64,000 bases of DNA, from contig VXQZ01000031.1 of the NCBI GenBank assembly GCA_009838735.1, positions 1,207-65,206 of the forward strand, given 5' to 3'. This DNA comes from Chloroflexota bacterium (GTDB lineage: Bacteria; Chloroflexota; Dehalococcoidia; Bin125). Made by a program: the position numbers and the translations under genes. The notes under the pieces are model-generated. The model saw only the letters and a list, made by a program, of their open reading frames with translations, searched no databases and had not been told where the DNA came from. Of the stretch, positions 21,301 through 30,787 are shown piece after piece; the stretch's first letter is position 1; each line of letters begins with the position of its first letter.

Positions 21301-21628
21301 CCGCATGGGCCCCGCCATCCGACACTGCATCTGGAAGCTGCAGAACACCGATGCCAAGGTCAAAATCCTCATGCTGCTCTCCGACGGCCGCCCGCAGGAC
21401 CACGGCTATGGCCGCGACCGCACCGAGAAGGAATACGCGATCCACGACACCAAGATGGCGCTGACCGAAGCGCGCCGCGAGGGCATGGTCCCGTTCGCAC
21501 TGACCGTCGACCGGGCCGGTCACGACTACCTCAAGCAGATGTGCCAGGACATGGCCTACGAGGTCGTCGCCGACATCGAGTCCCTCCCCCGGCGCCTCCC
21601 CGCCCTCTACCGCCGCCTCACCGGCTAG
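18308..21628 (+). CDS. VWA domain protein, NorD/CbbO-like (partner of CbbQ/NorQ ATPase)
   Basis: 1106 aa. The N-terminal half has repeated roughly 70-aa alpha-helical units as in CbbO/NorD. The C-terminal von Willebrand A domain has a MIDAS motif (LLDVSASTD). An alternative start is MTAQMIEE at about 18365. Confidence 0.8.
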   Translation: MPKAVGGAPQPPPPRNETSMTAQMIEEAREGLRQFPPALAQEFEAAVEAVLPTLEPDELDQWLRDGLDIARHSLRSWEASSEYFRASGPVLEQITYDQMREWCAVGIDLMETSPALSGALFRASPAVLPHLSVSQANDWSAQGKSLYKGTWKSGSLSAQYFDVSPQILPHLPLSQMRLLVDLIDSLASHSYELASACLGMAPGVLSQLDRADRAPFLEFGGIVAHTAWVDARVYFERGPGALRQVSEDQRPRYLSLAGQVAMQVGRLGHPYFIEAAQAISEVDKDIHEGLLELAEQLAQHSGDAAMEFIKSSPRVAQRLGIDDIARWQEFGLQILQQSRDGGEAFFRLESARGEEVMEALSSRVDLDRVSELIRMYCKALTGVDVGVKASEELTAKGVGWVDESSPTTEGTTIYLPENVERYPTKEENFSVYKVFATHQAGRLEFGSFEYQSELAPDLFPAAQNGSSNGHGNGVVPAVVEGEEEQIHTDMELFFDRFDDRRLAHDLFTIVEDTRIDTIVKREYAGVRRAFSRLQQAAIERRRPVEDMPARQAMVENLLRASLDEIGRIRWPNELAEEMRTPLRILNRIRSEGATVQDSAAATALLYEWLSQIPNVELDSEDWSDFEQEMSADPDGGEDSDMMPGSGSSGLEESFMPFMPGSEEQPYDSPDPVDFRGDFKPELVQLLMKLKGETGTGDAPPIPLTKEQLQELLEKSVEISINELMDMDLAESSGMFLDNLLKEVNQIQGERQEGQQAMGDDSTGADDGEELPVEAASFYYDEWDFRAADYKPRWCRVQEQRGESGTSNYYTETLHEHTQLVQETRKQFEMLRPEMFRKMKRLTDGEDYDLDAVIEWYTEKIAGATSETKLFYRRNKVDRDVAVAFLLDVSASTDEEIQKHHEQRQDDQFDDDPRKYLSWWAQRRAEAARHPGKRIIDLEKEATVLLIEALETIGDKYGVYGFSGYGRDNVEFFVYKDMDEPFGDRIKERIDKIAPVRSTRMGPAIRHCIWKLQNTDAKVKILMLLSDGRPQDHGYGRDRTEKEYAIHDTKMALTEARREGMVPFALTVDRAGHDYLKQMCQDMAYEVVADIESLPRRLPALYRRLTG

Positions 21629-21680
21629 CCATCAAGACCTCCCCCTCCAGGGGAGGTGCCGCGAAGCGGCGGAGGCGGCC
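21629..21680. repeat. GC-rich hairpin element (family member D) after the VWA gene stop
   Basis: ccccctccaggggagg hairpin plus gccgcgaagcggc (5 bp stem, GAA loop). It shares the CCGCGAAG core with elements at 37388, 42572 and 57497. Confidence 0.45.
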
Positions 21681-21700
21681 GCTCCGGCTACCATGACCGC

Positions 21701-22045
21701 ATGTCATTCCTCGCCGCCACCCTGACCACGGCAGGCATCGCCGCCGCCTTCGTCGCGACCCTTGTCGGCCACGAATCGCTCAGCCTCTACATCGTCTGCG
21801 CCGTGGTCGCTGCCGCAGGTCTGTTGCTGATGTTGCTGCACGTGGCCCGACGGCGCCGCGACGCCGCCCCCTTGTACGCCCTCGCGCCCATGGCCATCGT
21901 CGTCGCCCTGCTCGGCATCGCCGCCTCCGGAGCCACCTGCGGAGTCGCTTGCATCGCCTGGGGTTCCCCCGTCGCCGCCGCCACCCTCGCCATCCCTGAC
22001 ATCCGAGGCTGGTTCAACAACAAAAGGCCGCTCAAGCGGGTGTAG
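21701..22045 (+). CDS. hypothetical small membrane protein
   Basis: Three hydrophobic helices. The ORF track starts at 21656; M at 21701 is more plausible. Confidence 0.45.
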   Translation: MSFLAATLTTAGIAAAFVATLVGHESLSLYIVCAVVAAAGLLLMLLHVARRRRDAAPLYALAPMAIVVALLGIAASGATCGVACIAWGSPVAAATLAIPDIRGWFNNKRPLKRV

Positions 22046-22269
22046 GAGGTCCTAGCCGAGCCCGCCGACGTTCGTCCCACCGACCGACGTGCGAATGCCT
22101 TCCATTTGCGCTGCACGGATGCCCCGGTGCTGAGGATTCCCCCGCGGCCTCGCGGCCCGTCTCTTCGCCGCATCTGCGCCGCTAATCTTAGCGGCCGCTC
22201 TTGAGAGCGCACCGCTGATGCGCTTGATCGCTGACTTCATCGTTCCCTTGCCTCCTGCGACCATCGTAC

Positions 22270-25200
22270 CTAGTTCGTCAGCCGCAGCTCGCGGTTCAGT
22301 TCCAGCTTCAGGAACCAGCGCCAGGTCGCCAACACGCCGATCACTAGCACCCCGATCAGCACCGCGAACGCGATACCCAGGATCTGCCAGTCTGTCTCGA
22401 CCTGGAACGGCGGCAGCACCGTTCGCCCCGTTTCGTCAATCTCCAGGTAGCCGAGAAGCAGCAGCGAGATCCGGTTGCCCAGCAGTACGCCGAGCACCAG
22501 GCCCGTGCCGACAATGATCGCGTATTCAAGGAACAGTTGGATCAGGATGCTCAGATTGCCCACACCGACCGTGCGCAACAGTGCCATCTCCAGCCGACGC
22601 TGGCGCGCCGACACGGCCATCGACACCAGGAATGCCAGGGCTAACAGCAGCGAGATTGCAATGAATGCCACCAGCAGAATCCCCGAGCCGCCGGCCGTCG
22701 TCAGAGGATCGCGTCCGCTGTCGTCCAGTCGCTCGTCCCGGTCCAGGAGCTTACCGAGCGCGTAGCGGGGCCGGTTCAACTCTTCCTTGGCTGCTTGGCG
22801 TACCTCAGGGTCGTCGGTCAGGTCGAGCCAAACCTCTGTCGGCGTGACCGTCGGCCTCAGGGCCGTGATTGAACCCATATGGAACAGCGCGTCGTAGTCC
22901 GCCACGATGAACGAGAGCGTGTCGGGCCGCAGCGTCGGGAACAGTTCCACGATGCTCGCAACCCGCGCGCGCACGATTACGGTGTCCAGACGCAACGGAT
23001 ATCGATCGCCGACTTCCAGTCGCTGGCGCTCGGCAAAGTCTGCGCTCACGATCGTCGGAATCGTGCAGCGCGTGTTGGTGCAGAACGACGGATCGGCAAA
23101 ATGCGCGGCTCGGAGTCCGGGCGATTGTCCAATCCCCGGACGGAAGGCCATCACGTACTCGCCCGAGATCGGATCCTCGTCTTGCTCAAACTCGATATCG
23201 TCCCCCGTGCCTCGCCGCTGCACGAACTCTAGCCACCGGCCATTCTCGAAGTCCTCGATGATGAGTTCACGCCCATCTGGCTGAATCGCCGTGACTGCAT
23301 CGAAGTAGACAGTGGCCGGCTCCGAAACGAACAGCCCGAACGGCTCGCTCATCGTGATCGAGTGCAAGGAGTAAGGCGGCGCCGCGCCCGAACCGACGAT
23401 CTCCTTCTGGAAGTCGATGTCCATGGCAGTCCAGGGAGTGTCGGCAGCAGGCATAGCCAGCCCTCCCGCGGTGAGATAACGGCCGTCGCCATCGCGCACG
23501 CGCAGCCAGAACGATTGGTCGGTCTCGCCTTCGCCCATTCTCACCCAGACCCGCAGGGTCTCGGTGTCCTGTGGAATCCCCACTCCCCTCCCGACCGGCG
23601 GTACGTCGATGGTGCCGATCAGCTCCTCAAACGTCATCAATGACATGTCCTCGCGGAACCACATCATCTCGACTGCAGCCTTCGGCTCAAGGCCCAGGAT
23701 TGTCACGCTGGTCGTCGTGCCGATACTGCGGCCTGCCGACACTTTGCTCCGGTGGATCGAGGCAATCCCCTCGACGCCCTCGATCGGGCCCAGCCGATCA
23801 CGCACCCCGTTCGCGGTGGAGTACCCGCTCTCTCCCAGTTCGACCCTGAACTCCACTCCGTTGTCGTACTCGATTCGTTCCGCGAGCGACAGCTCGACCG
23901 TATCCGCATAGGAGGCCGCAAACGTGCCGAGCGCGGCGCCAAGCATCAGCAGGATGGTGAGCCGGGCTGCCGGGCCGACAGTGCGGCTGACATAGCGCAA
24001 TGTCGAGGCGATCGATAGCGGAAAACGGTCGTAGGTTAGCCAGGCGAAGAACCGGTACAGATAGGGCAAGAACCGCAGAATCACAAGCGTTGCTGCCAGT
24101 GCAAACAGGATCGGCGTGCTCAACAACAACGGGTCGGCCGACAGCCCGCCCACACTGTCACGCTCGAACACAGTGCCTTTCAGGTCGGCCTCGAAGATCA
24201 GGCCGACCGCCACGAAGACCAGTGCGACATCAAGGAAATAGCGTTGCAACGCATTGGGACCGGCCGGTCGGGACAGGCCGCGCAAGCGCTCCGACAGCAC
24301 CCGAGTGCGGCTCGCGATCACAAGCGGCGCCAACGTGAACAGGACCGCCACGATCGCACCGGCCGCGGAAAGCAGGAACGCCATGTCGGTCAACGTCGTT
24401 GGAATCGTCTCGCCACCGGTCAACGGCTCGAAGATCGGTGTGTAACCCAACAGTCCAATGACGCCCATCGAGATGAACGGAGCCACGGCCGCCGCAACGA
24501 TTGCGATCAGGATCCCCTCAATCGCAGTATGCGAAATCACCTGCAGAATCGATGCGCCCCGCGAGCGCATCGAGAACAGCTCTTCCCGCCGCTGCGCCAC
24601 CTGCACTCCGGCAACGATCACCACGTAGAACAGGGCGATTCCGACCACCTGCGCCAGCAGCATCAGGATCGGCACCTGGGTGAAATTGAGATCCTTGACG
24701 AACGACTCCAGCCGCGGCTCGATCGGCGAGCGCAGGGATCCTCCCACCGAGCGCAGATCGGCGCGCAGCAGGTCGAACGACTCGCGTGTGTCGTCAAGCA
24801 CCGCCACGTTCAGTTGGTCGGTGTCCAACTCCGAGATCCACATCGTGTTGACCAGGTACCCGCTCATCACTCGGGCCAGGCCTGTGTCGAATGACTGCGA
24901 GGGAAGGATCAGCGGAGCGCTAATCGGTCGCGCTGGACCCGAGAACACGCCGAAGGTGATCTCGCGCGGCACCCGCGTCCAATAGGAACTCTCAGTGTTG
25001 TCGGGTTCCACGATCCCAGTCACCACGACGGGGATCAGCCGCGTGATCGCCATTGTCGGCTCGCAAGGCGGTCGCGGCGGAGGCGGCGGTCCGCCGGGTG
25101 GCGGATCGGGTTCGCGGTCGCACTCGTCAAACCCGTCGATAATCTGCCATTCCGATCCGACATCCAGTCCAAACAGACTGGCCCCGCGTGGCGTGACGGC

Positions 25201-25689
25201 CACTTCAATCGGATCGTCGAGCCAGCCCCTCGAGTTCAGGTCCGGCGGCTGGGGAAATCGTCCGTCGACCACGTTGACGTTGTGTTCAGCCTCGTCGAGC
25301 GCTGCGAAAAACGCAGTGGTCGGAAACACCTGGCTCGGCCTGAGCGGGAAGTTGATCTCCGTCGGTACGGTCGACCGGAACCGCAGGCGTCGGGTCTCCA
25401 GGTCACTGAATCGATTAGCGATCGACTCGCTCGTGTAGTCGCGTGCAGACTCGTTCGGACCACCGCCCATGGGCAAGCCGTTGAGGAACGTGAACATCTG
25501 CCGGCGCTCGGTGAGATCCTCCCGCAGGCTGACGGTCAGCGCGAGATCGGAGACGGCGCGCGTGTAGATCGTGGTTGAAGACATCAGCACGGCGGCAACC
25601 AGGATTCCCGCCGCGATCACCAGCTGCAGGCGCCAACTGTCCCGCATGCGCCGCAAGACAAACCCCAGGACGGCGCCGAACGATTCCAC
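22270..25689 (-). CDS. FtsX-like permease family protein with two FtsX/MacB-type permease domains and large extracytoplasmic domains (1139 aa)
   Basis: N-terminal TM helix, a large external domain including a PPPGGPPPPPRPP stretch, a 3-4 TM FtsX block, a second external domain and a C-terminal FtsX block. Paralogue of 25879..29277. Confidence 0.8.
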   Translation of the reverse strand: MESFGAVLGFVLRRMRDSWRLQLVIAAGILVAAVLMSSTTIYTRAVSDLALTVSLREDLTERRQMFTFLNGLPMGGGPNESARDYTSESIANRFSDLETRRLRFRSTVPTEINFPLRPSQVFPTTAFFAALDEAEHNVNVVDGRFPQPPDLNSRGWLDDPIEVAVTPRGASLFGLDVGSEWQIIDGFDECDREPDPPPGGPPPPPRPPCEPTMAITRLIPVVVTGIVEPDNTESSYWTRVPREITFGVFSGPARPISAPLILPSQSFDTGLARVMSGYLVNTMWISELDTDQLNVAVLDDTRESFDLLRADLRSVGGSLRSPIEPRLESFVKDLNFTQVPILMLLAQVVGIALFYVVIVAGVQVAQRREELFSMRSRGASILQVISHTAIEGILIAIVAAAVAPFISMGVIGLLGYTPIFEPLTGGETIPTTLTDMAFLLSAAGAIVAVLFTLAPLVIASRTRVLSERLRGLSRPAGPNALQRYFLDVALVFVAVGLIFEADLKGTVFERDSVGGLSADPLLLSTPILFALAATLVILRFLPYLYRFFAWLTYDRFPLSIASTLRYVSRTVGPAARLTILLMLGAALGTFAASYADTVELSLAERIEYDNGVEFRVELGESGYSTANGVRDRLGPIEGVEGIASIHRSKVSAGRSIGTTTSVTILGLEPKAAVEMMWFREDMSLMTFEELIGTIDVPPVGRGVGIPQDTETLRVWVRMGEGETDQSFWLRVRDGDGRYLTAGGLAMPAADTPWTAMDIDFQKEIVGSGAAPPYSLHSITMSEPFGLFVSEPATVYFDAVTAIQPDGRELIIEDFENGRWLEFVQRRGTGDDIEFEQDEDPISGEYVMAFRPGIGQSPGLRAAHFADPSFCTNTRCTIPTIVSADFAERQRLEVGDRYPLRLDTVIVRARVASIVELFPTLRPDTLSFIVADYDALFHMGSITALRPTVTPTEVWLDLTDDPEVRQAAKEELNRPRYALGKLLDRDERLDDSGRDPLTTAGGSGILLVAFIAISLLLALAFLVSMAVSARQRRLEMALLRTVGVGNLSILIQLFLEYAIIVGTGLVLGVLLGNRISLLLLGYLEIDETGRTVLPPFQVETDWQILGIAFAVLIGVLVIGVLATWRWFLKLELNRELRLTN

Positions 25690-25878
25690 CCGAACCCCCG
25701 CTGCCTGCTCAGTGTCCGCCGCCGCCGACTGCCCGGTGGCACGCTGGAATTTCGTCGATCCCTAGTAGTCTACGAAGGCAACGCGGTCGAACATACCCCT
25801 ACCGACCACTACCAACCATCGACAACCAGGCACGGCGGCAGCCACAGCGGGAAGCACGACGAGGCAGCACGAGGCAGC

Positions 25879-28800
25879 ATGGGCGGCATCTTCAGATCGT
25901 TCCCTACGGCGTTCCGGATTGCGGTGCGCCGTCTCAATGGCAACCGCCGGCTGATGGCCGCAGTCGCCATCGGCGTAGTCCTCGCCGTCGCCCTGATGGC
26001 TTCGACCACGATCTACCGCAACGCGCTGCAGGATCTCGGCCTTCAGACCGATCTGCGCCGGGTCTCCGACGCCGAGCTCGATGTCCGCATCCTCAATGCC
26101 GCCCATGGACTCTCCGGCGGTCTGGCCGACGAATCGTTCGACACCATTGATCGACGGCTCAGAATTCCCTCGGAATTCATCTCCGATACCAAGCACTCGC
26201 TGACCACTGCCACGTTCTTCATGACCGAGGTCGGAGGAGTCCCACCGGATGAGGACCCACGCGATCGCGCGCGCGTGCTCTGGTTCGAGGCGGTTCGCGA
26301 GCACATCGAACTCGTAGAGGGCCAATGGCCCGATCCGACACCGGCCGCCACCCCCGATCAACCGCCAGTCATCGATGTTGCCATGGGAACCGAGGCGGCC
26401 GCCTCGGGCGGGTTCAGCATCGGTGAAGTCCGGGACATCCATGCCTCCTGGCGAGACGACGCCAGACCGATCCAGATCCGCGTCGTCGGACTCGTTCGGC
26501 CGATCGACTACAACGACCGCTACTGGGGCGTCCGCCGCGACCACTTCCACGTGCCGATCGAGAAAACCGACGCATTCGCTTTCTTCGCACCCAGGTCCAC
26601 GCTGATCGACGCAATGGCCGGCTACATGCCCGAGCTACGCGCCCGTCTGGAGGCCTACGCGCGCGTCGATCGATCTGCCTTTGTCGCCGACGACGCCGGA
26701 ATCGCCGCCATTCGTTTCCGCGCCGCGTTTGAAGCCATCGCCAAGGAGATTGAGCGAACCCGCGTCGAGACCGAGATTGTCAACGTCCTCAAGGATTACG
26801 AAACCAAGGAGTTCTTCTCTTCGATCCCGCTGCTCGTCCTGACGTTGCAGATCGTCGGCATTGTGCTCTTCTATCTGGTCCTCGTCTCGACGATGGTGGT
26901 CGACCGACAATCCGGCGAGGTCGCCCTGCTCAAATCGCGCGGGGCCGGCATGGGCCACATCATGTCGATCTCGACGATCGAGGGACTGATATTGGTCGCG
27001 TTGGCCATGGGCGTCGGACCGATTGTCGCGAGGGAAGCGATCGCATTCCTCGGCTATTCGCCAGCCTTCGAAGGGCTAACCGGCGGCACGCGGTTGTCGG
27101 TGGAGCTTACCGGCGAGGTCTACATCTACGCCGCGATTGGCGCCGCCTTGAGCTTCATCGCGTTGATCTGGCCCGCCTGGCGATCCAATCGCAGTACCGT
27201 CGTCCACCATGCCCGTTCCACTTCGCGACCCGAGGACAAGCCCGTCTTCCAGCGCTACTACCTCGATCTAGTTGTCGTCGCTGTCGGCGCGCTCCTGTTC
27301 TTTCAGTTGCAGGAGTCCGGCTCCCTGGTCACCGAGGATCTCTTCGGCGGTCTCCAGCAGGATCCGCTGCTGCTGATCGCTCCGGCCGTGTTCGTCGTGA
27401 CGGTGGCCGTCCTCTTCCTGCGCCTGTTCCCCTTACTGTTGTCAGCCTTCGGCGGGGTGGCTCGGCTGCTCGGCGGCGCTTCCACGCAGATGGTCCTCTG
27501 GCACCTGACCCGCGCCCCGGTCCAGCCCGGACGCCTCGCGCTGCTGCTCATCATGGCGACCTCGCTCGGCATGTTCGGCGGCACCTTTGGCGCCACGCTC
27601 GACAAGTCCTTCGACGATCGCGCCGCCTACCAGTCGGGCGCGCCGTTGCGACTGGCCGATTTGCGCAGTAGCGGCGCATCCGCCGACATGTTGGCTGACG
27701 ATCTCGCCGAGGCGCCCGGAATCGACAGAGTTTCCTACGTCATCCGCCAGAATGCCTCGTTCTCCCGTGGACCCCTCGACGTCACCGACGCTTCGGTGCT
27801 CGGCGTCGATCCCGAATCGTTCAGCAACGTGCTCTGGTATCGCGATGACTTCGCTCTCGACGATGTCCGTGAACTGATCGATCGCGTCACTGCCCCTGAG
27901 TTCGAGGTCGAACAGATCGTGATCCCGGCCGATGCGACCTACGTCGGCATGTGGATCTGGTTGCCCGACACCAGCGGTTCTATCGGTCCCAGCCTCAGGT
28001 TGCAGGACAGCAAGGGTCGCTACCGGGATGTCCGACTCATCGGCCTGCCCCGAAGTCGCGGATTCGGCGGCGGCGAACTCGAAGAGGGTTGGAGGTTCCT
28101 CTACGGCGTCCTCAAGGATGGATCCGGCGGACCCCACATTGGTCCCTGGACCCTGCAGAACATTTCTATTCGCTCTGGCGGCAACGCCAACTTCTCTGGC
28201 TCCGTCGGTTACGACTCGATCCAGTACACCACCGATACCGAACTGCCCGAGGACATCATCAACGTGGGATTCCGCGACAGCGTCATCATCGAGAGCTTCG
28301 AACAACAGGGTCGCTGGACCGTGTTCACCGACACGACTCGCGCCGGAGCGCTGCCCGACGACGCCCGACTGTCGACCGCTCAAGCCCGAGACGGCGAGTA
28401 TGGCATGAGCTACCGCTGGAATCGCGAAGTGAGGTCCGGCGTTCCACGTGGGGTCCGGCTGATCGGCCCCGACGCCGCCTTGCCCGTGATCGTCAGCCGC
28501 GATTTCCTGGTCGAGGCCGCGCTCGACGAAGGACAACTGGCCCTGGTCGGCATGGCTGGCGTCTACATCCCAATGCAGATCGTCGGCGCCTTCGATCTCT
28601 TCCCCACCTGGGACCCGGAAGATGCCCGCTCGCTGATTATCGCGAACCGCGACTATCTCAGCTACCGAATCAACCGAAATCCCGCCACGCTGGGTGCAGG
28701 CACGCCCAACGAGGTCTGGATCCAACCCACCGACGAAGAAGGGCTGCGCCAGCTGCGAACCTTCCTCGAAGTCACCCCACCCTGGAAGCACGACATCTAC

Positions 28801-29277
28801 GACGTCGACGCCATCCGTAACCTCCAGGATGAGGACCCGCTGGTCGCCGCCGGCTGGGAGGGCCTGCTCTTCCTCACCTTCATCGCCATCGTTCTGCTCG
28901 CCGCGTTGGGCTTCCTTGTCGCCTCGGTGCTGGTCGCCCAGCAGCAACAGGGCGAGTTCGCGGTGCTCCGAACGATGGGATTCTCGCTGCCCCAGGTGCT
29001 CCTCGTCGTCGGGATCGAGAAACTCCTGATCATCGGAGTATCGATGGCTCTCGGTACCGCCGTCGGACTCCAGCTCGGCACGATGATGCTCGAGTTTGTT
29101 GGCTTCATCGAGACGGGCGAAACCGTCCTCCCGCCCTTCGTCACCGTCACCGACTGGGCCACCATCGGCGGTGCCTACGGAGTCCTCGGCCTCGTCTTCC
29201 TCGGTGCCATCGCCGTCATCGTCGCCCTCTACATGAGAATGACCATCGGCCAAATCCTGCGAATCGGCGCCGAGTAG
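25879..29277 (+). CDS. FtsX-like permease family protein, double FtsX domain (1132 aa)
   Basis: Same architecture as 22270..25689, transcribed divergently from it. Shared N-terminal motif RRLxxxxRLxxAAxIGVVLAVALMASTTIY. Confidence 0.8.
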   Translation: MGGIFRSFPTAFRIAVRRLNGNRRLMAAVAIGVVLAVALMASTTIYRNALQDLGLQTDLRRVSDAELDVRILNAAHGLSGGLADESFDTIDRRLRIPSEFISDTKHSLTTATFFMTEVGGVPPDEDPRDRARVLWFEAVREHIELVEGQWPDPTPAATPDQPPVIDVAMGTEAAASGGFSIGEVRDIHASWRDDARPIQIRVVGLVRPIDYNDRYWGVRRDHFHVPIEKTDAFAFFAPRSTLIDAMAGYMPELRARLEAYARVDRSAFVADDAGIAAIRFRAAFEAIAKEIERTRVETEIVNVLKDYETKEFFSSIPLLVLTLQIVGIVLFYLVLVSTMVVDRQSGEVALLKSRGAGMGHIMSISTIEGLILVALAMGVGPIVAREAIAFLGYSPAFEGLTGGTRLSVELTGEVYIYAAIGAALSFIALIWPAWRSNRSTVVHHARSTSRPEDKPVFQRYYLDLVVVAVGALLFFQLQESGSLVTEDLFGGLQQDPLLLIAPAVFVVTVAVLFLRLFPLLLSAFGGVARLLGGASTQMVLWHLTRAPVQPGRLALLLIMATSLGMFGGTFGATLDKSFDDRAAYQSGAPLRLADLRSSGASADMLADDLAEAPGIDRVSYVIRQNASFSRGPLDVTDASVLGVDPESFSNVLWYRDDFALDDVRELIDRVTAPEFEVEQIVIPADATYVGMWIWLPDTSGSIGPSLRLQDSKGRYRDVRLIGLPRSRGFGGGELEEGWRFLYGVLKDGSGGPHIGPWTLQNISIRSGGNANFSGSVGYDSIQYTTDTELPEDIINVGFRDSVIIESFEQQGRWTVFTDTTRAGALPDDARLSTAQARDGEYGMSYRWNREVRSGVPRGVRLIGPDAALPVIVSRDFLVEAALDEGQLALVGMAGVYIPMQIVGAFDLFPTWDPEDARSLIIANRDYLSYRINRNPATLGAGTPNEVWIQPTDEEGLRQLRTFLEVTPPWKHDIYDVDAIRNLQDEDPLVAAGWEGLLFLTFIAIVLLAALGFLVASVLVAQQQQGEFAVLRTMGFSLPQVLLVVGIEKLLIIGVSMALGTAVGLQLGTMMLEFVGFIETGETVLPPFVTVTDWATIGGAYGVLGLVFLGAIAVIVALYMRMTIGQILRIGAE

Positions 29278-29284
29278 CAGCGAG

Positions 29285-30724
29285 CTACCCGCCCCCGCCG
29301 CCGCCGGCGCCGCCACCACCGCTGCCGAGCCGCTCCTCAACCGCACCTTGCTGCGGCGCCCAGCGGGCGGCCACGCTGTCGATCACCACCGTGGCAGCGG
29401 CGCTCACGGCTGCAGAGGCCCTCGCCAACATGCTCTCCTCAACCAATTCACCGTGCATGAAGGTGGAACGCAACCTCGGCATGCCCACTGCCCACAGCAG
29501 TAAGGCGACAAAGAACAGGATCCCCGGGATAGTCAACAGATAGCGGACATTCACAACATCGGAAGCGAGGCCGTTGGCGAGGATCATCAGCGCCATGATT
29601 CCGCCCGCAAACATCGCATAGAGGCTCATCACCCGACCGCGGATCGCGTCCGGAACGACCGCCTGGATCATCACGCTCGACAATGCCATAAACATCGCCT
29701 GGGTCGCGCCGACCAGCGCTGCGCCCAGGATCGCAATCGGCAAACTGCCAGCGAGTCCCAGGATCGGCATCAGGATGCCGCTGGACAGCCCACAGAAGAG
29801 CATCAGCCGGCCTCGAATCGGCCCGGCGGGAACCATCGAGAGGGCCACGGTCGCGCCCAGCGCCCCGCCCCCGACGCCCATCACGAGGTAGCCGTATTCA
29901 TTCGCGCCGCCGTCAAGCACGTTCTTGGCAAACACGACCAGCAGCGCATCGAACGACATCACCAGCATGCAGTGCAGCGCCGTCAGCGCAATCAACATCC
30001 GCACGCCCGGGGCCCGTCCCAGGTAGGCCAGTCCCTCGCGTACGTGCGTCGCGGCGTCGCGCAGGATGCCCGACGTCGTCCCGGCCACGATCCCACCCGT
30101 CGAGCGGACCTTGATCCGGGTCATTTGCCAGACCGAGAGCGCAAGCAGAATCGACGCGCCCAGGAAGACCCAGCCGGGCCCGAATTCGGCCAGCACCGGA
30201 CCTGCTACCGGGCCAATCACCCGCGAGCCGAATTGCATCATCGAGGCCAAGGTGATCGCCGAGAGCAACGCCGCCATCTTGACCGTGTTGGGCAGCAGCG
30301 CTGCCTGAGCGGGCATCTCGGCGGAACGGATGATTCCCGAGAGCGCCGTCACCAGAATCAGGTTCCAGAGCGCGATCTCGCCGGTGAAGGCCAGGATGGC
30401 CAACGCGAATGCCAGGATCCCGGCGCCAATCCGGCTGAGCATCACCACCCGAGCGCGGTCGAAACGGTCCGCCAGTGCGCCGCCAATCGGAGCCAGCATC
30501 CACGGTCCAATCGCGGCAAAGTACACAACCCCGACCGCCCAGCCGCTATCTGTCAGGTCACCCGCGAGCCAGCCTCGAGCCGTGATCAACGCCCACAGGG
30601 AAATCGCCGACAAGCCCGCCGCGTAGAAGAGCTTTCGGTACTCAAGCGACTCCATCGCCGGGAACAACCGCAGCAGGCGCCCGGGCGCTTGAGTCCCTGG
30701 CTCCATGTTCCGCAGTTGCGACAT
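29285..30724 (-). CDS. MFS transporter
   Basis: 12-TM MFS pattern (ALADRFDR motif in loop 2-3). Tandem paralogue of 30788..32203. Gly-rich C-terminal tail. Confidence 0.85.
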   Translation of the reverse strand: MSQLRNMEPGTQAPGRLLRLFPAMESLEYRKLFYAAGLSAISLWALITARGWLAGDLTDSGWAVGVVYFAAIGPWMLAPIGGALADRFDRARVVMLSRIGAGILAFALAILAFTGEIALWNLILVTALSGIIRSAEMPAQAALLPNTVKMAALLSAITLASMMQFGSRVIGPVAGPVLAEFGPGWVFLGASILLALSVWQMTRIKVRSTGGIVAGTTSGILRDAATHVREGLAYLGRAPGVRMLIALTALHCMLVMSFDALLVVFAKNVLDGGANEYGYLVMGVGGGALGATVALSMVPAGPIRGRLMLFCGLSSGILMPILGLAGSLPIAILGAALVGATQAMFMALSSVMIQAVVPDAIRGRVMSLYAMFAGGIMALMILANGLASDVVNVRYLLTIPGILFFVALLLWAVGMPRLRSTFMHGELVEESMLARASAAVSAAATVVIDSVAARWAPQQGAVEERLGSGGGGAGGGGGG

Positions 30725-30787
30725 CGATTGACTCCGCTCTCCGACCGACCACGCGGCAACGTCTGGTCGCTTGCCTGATGCTGCGGG

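Noticed and set aside
22052-22264. 70-aa minus-strand ORF downstream of the FtsX gene (MKSAIKRISGALSRAAAKISGADAAKRRAARP...)
   Set aside because: Ala/Arg-rich low complexity, no motif, and it contains a tight GCCGCTA/TAGCGGC hairpin. It may be a real small basic protein, but the evidence is insufficient.
25690-25878. Short tandem repeat GCACGA(C)GAGGCAGC x2 immediately upstream of the second FtsX start codon
   Set aside because: It is only two imperfect copies adjacent to the start codon. It is more likely a chance duplication within the RBS region than a regulatory array.
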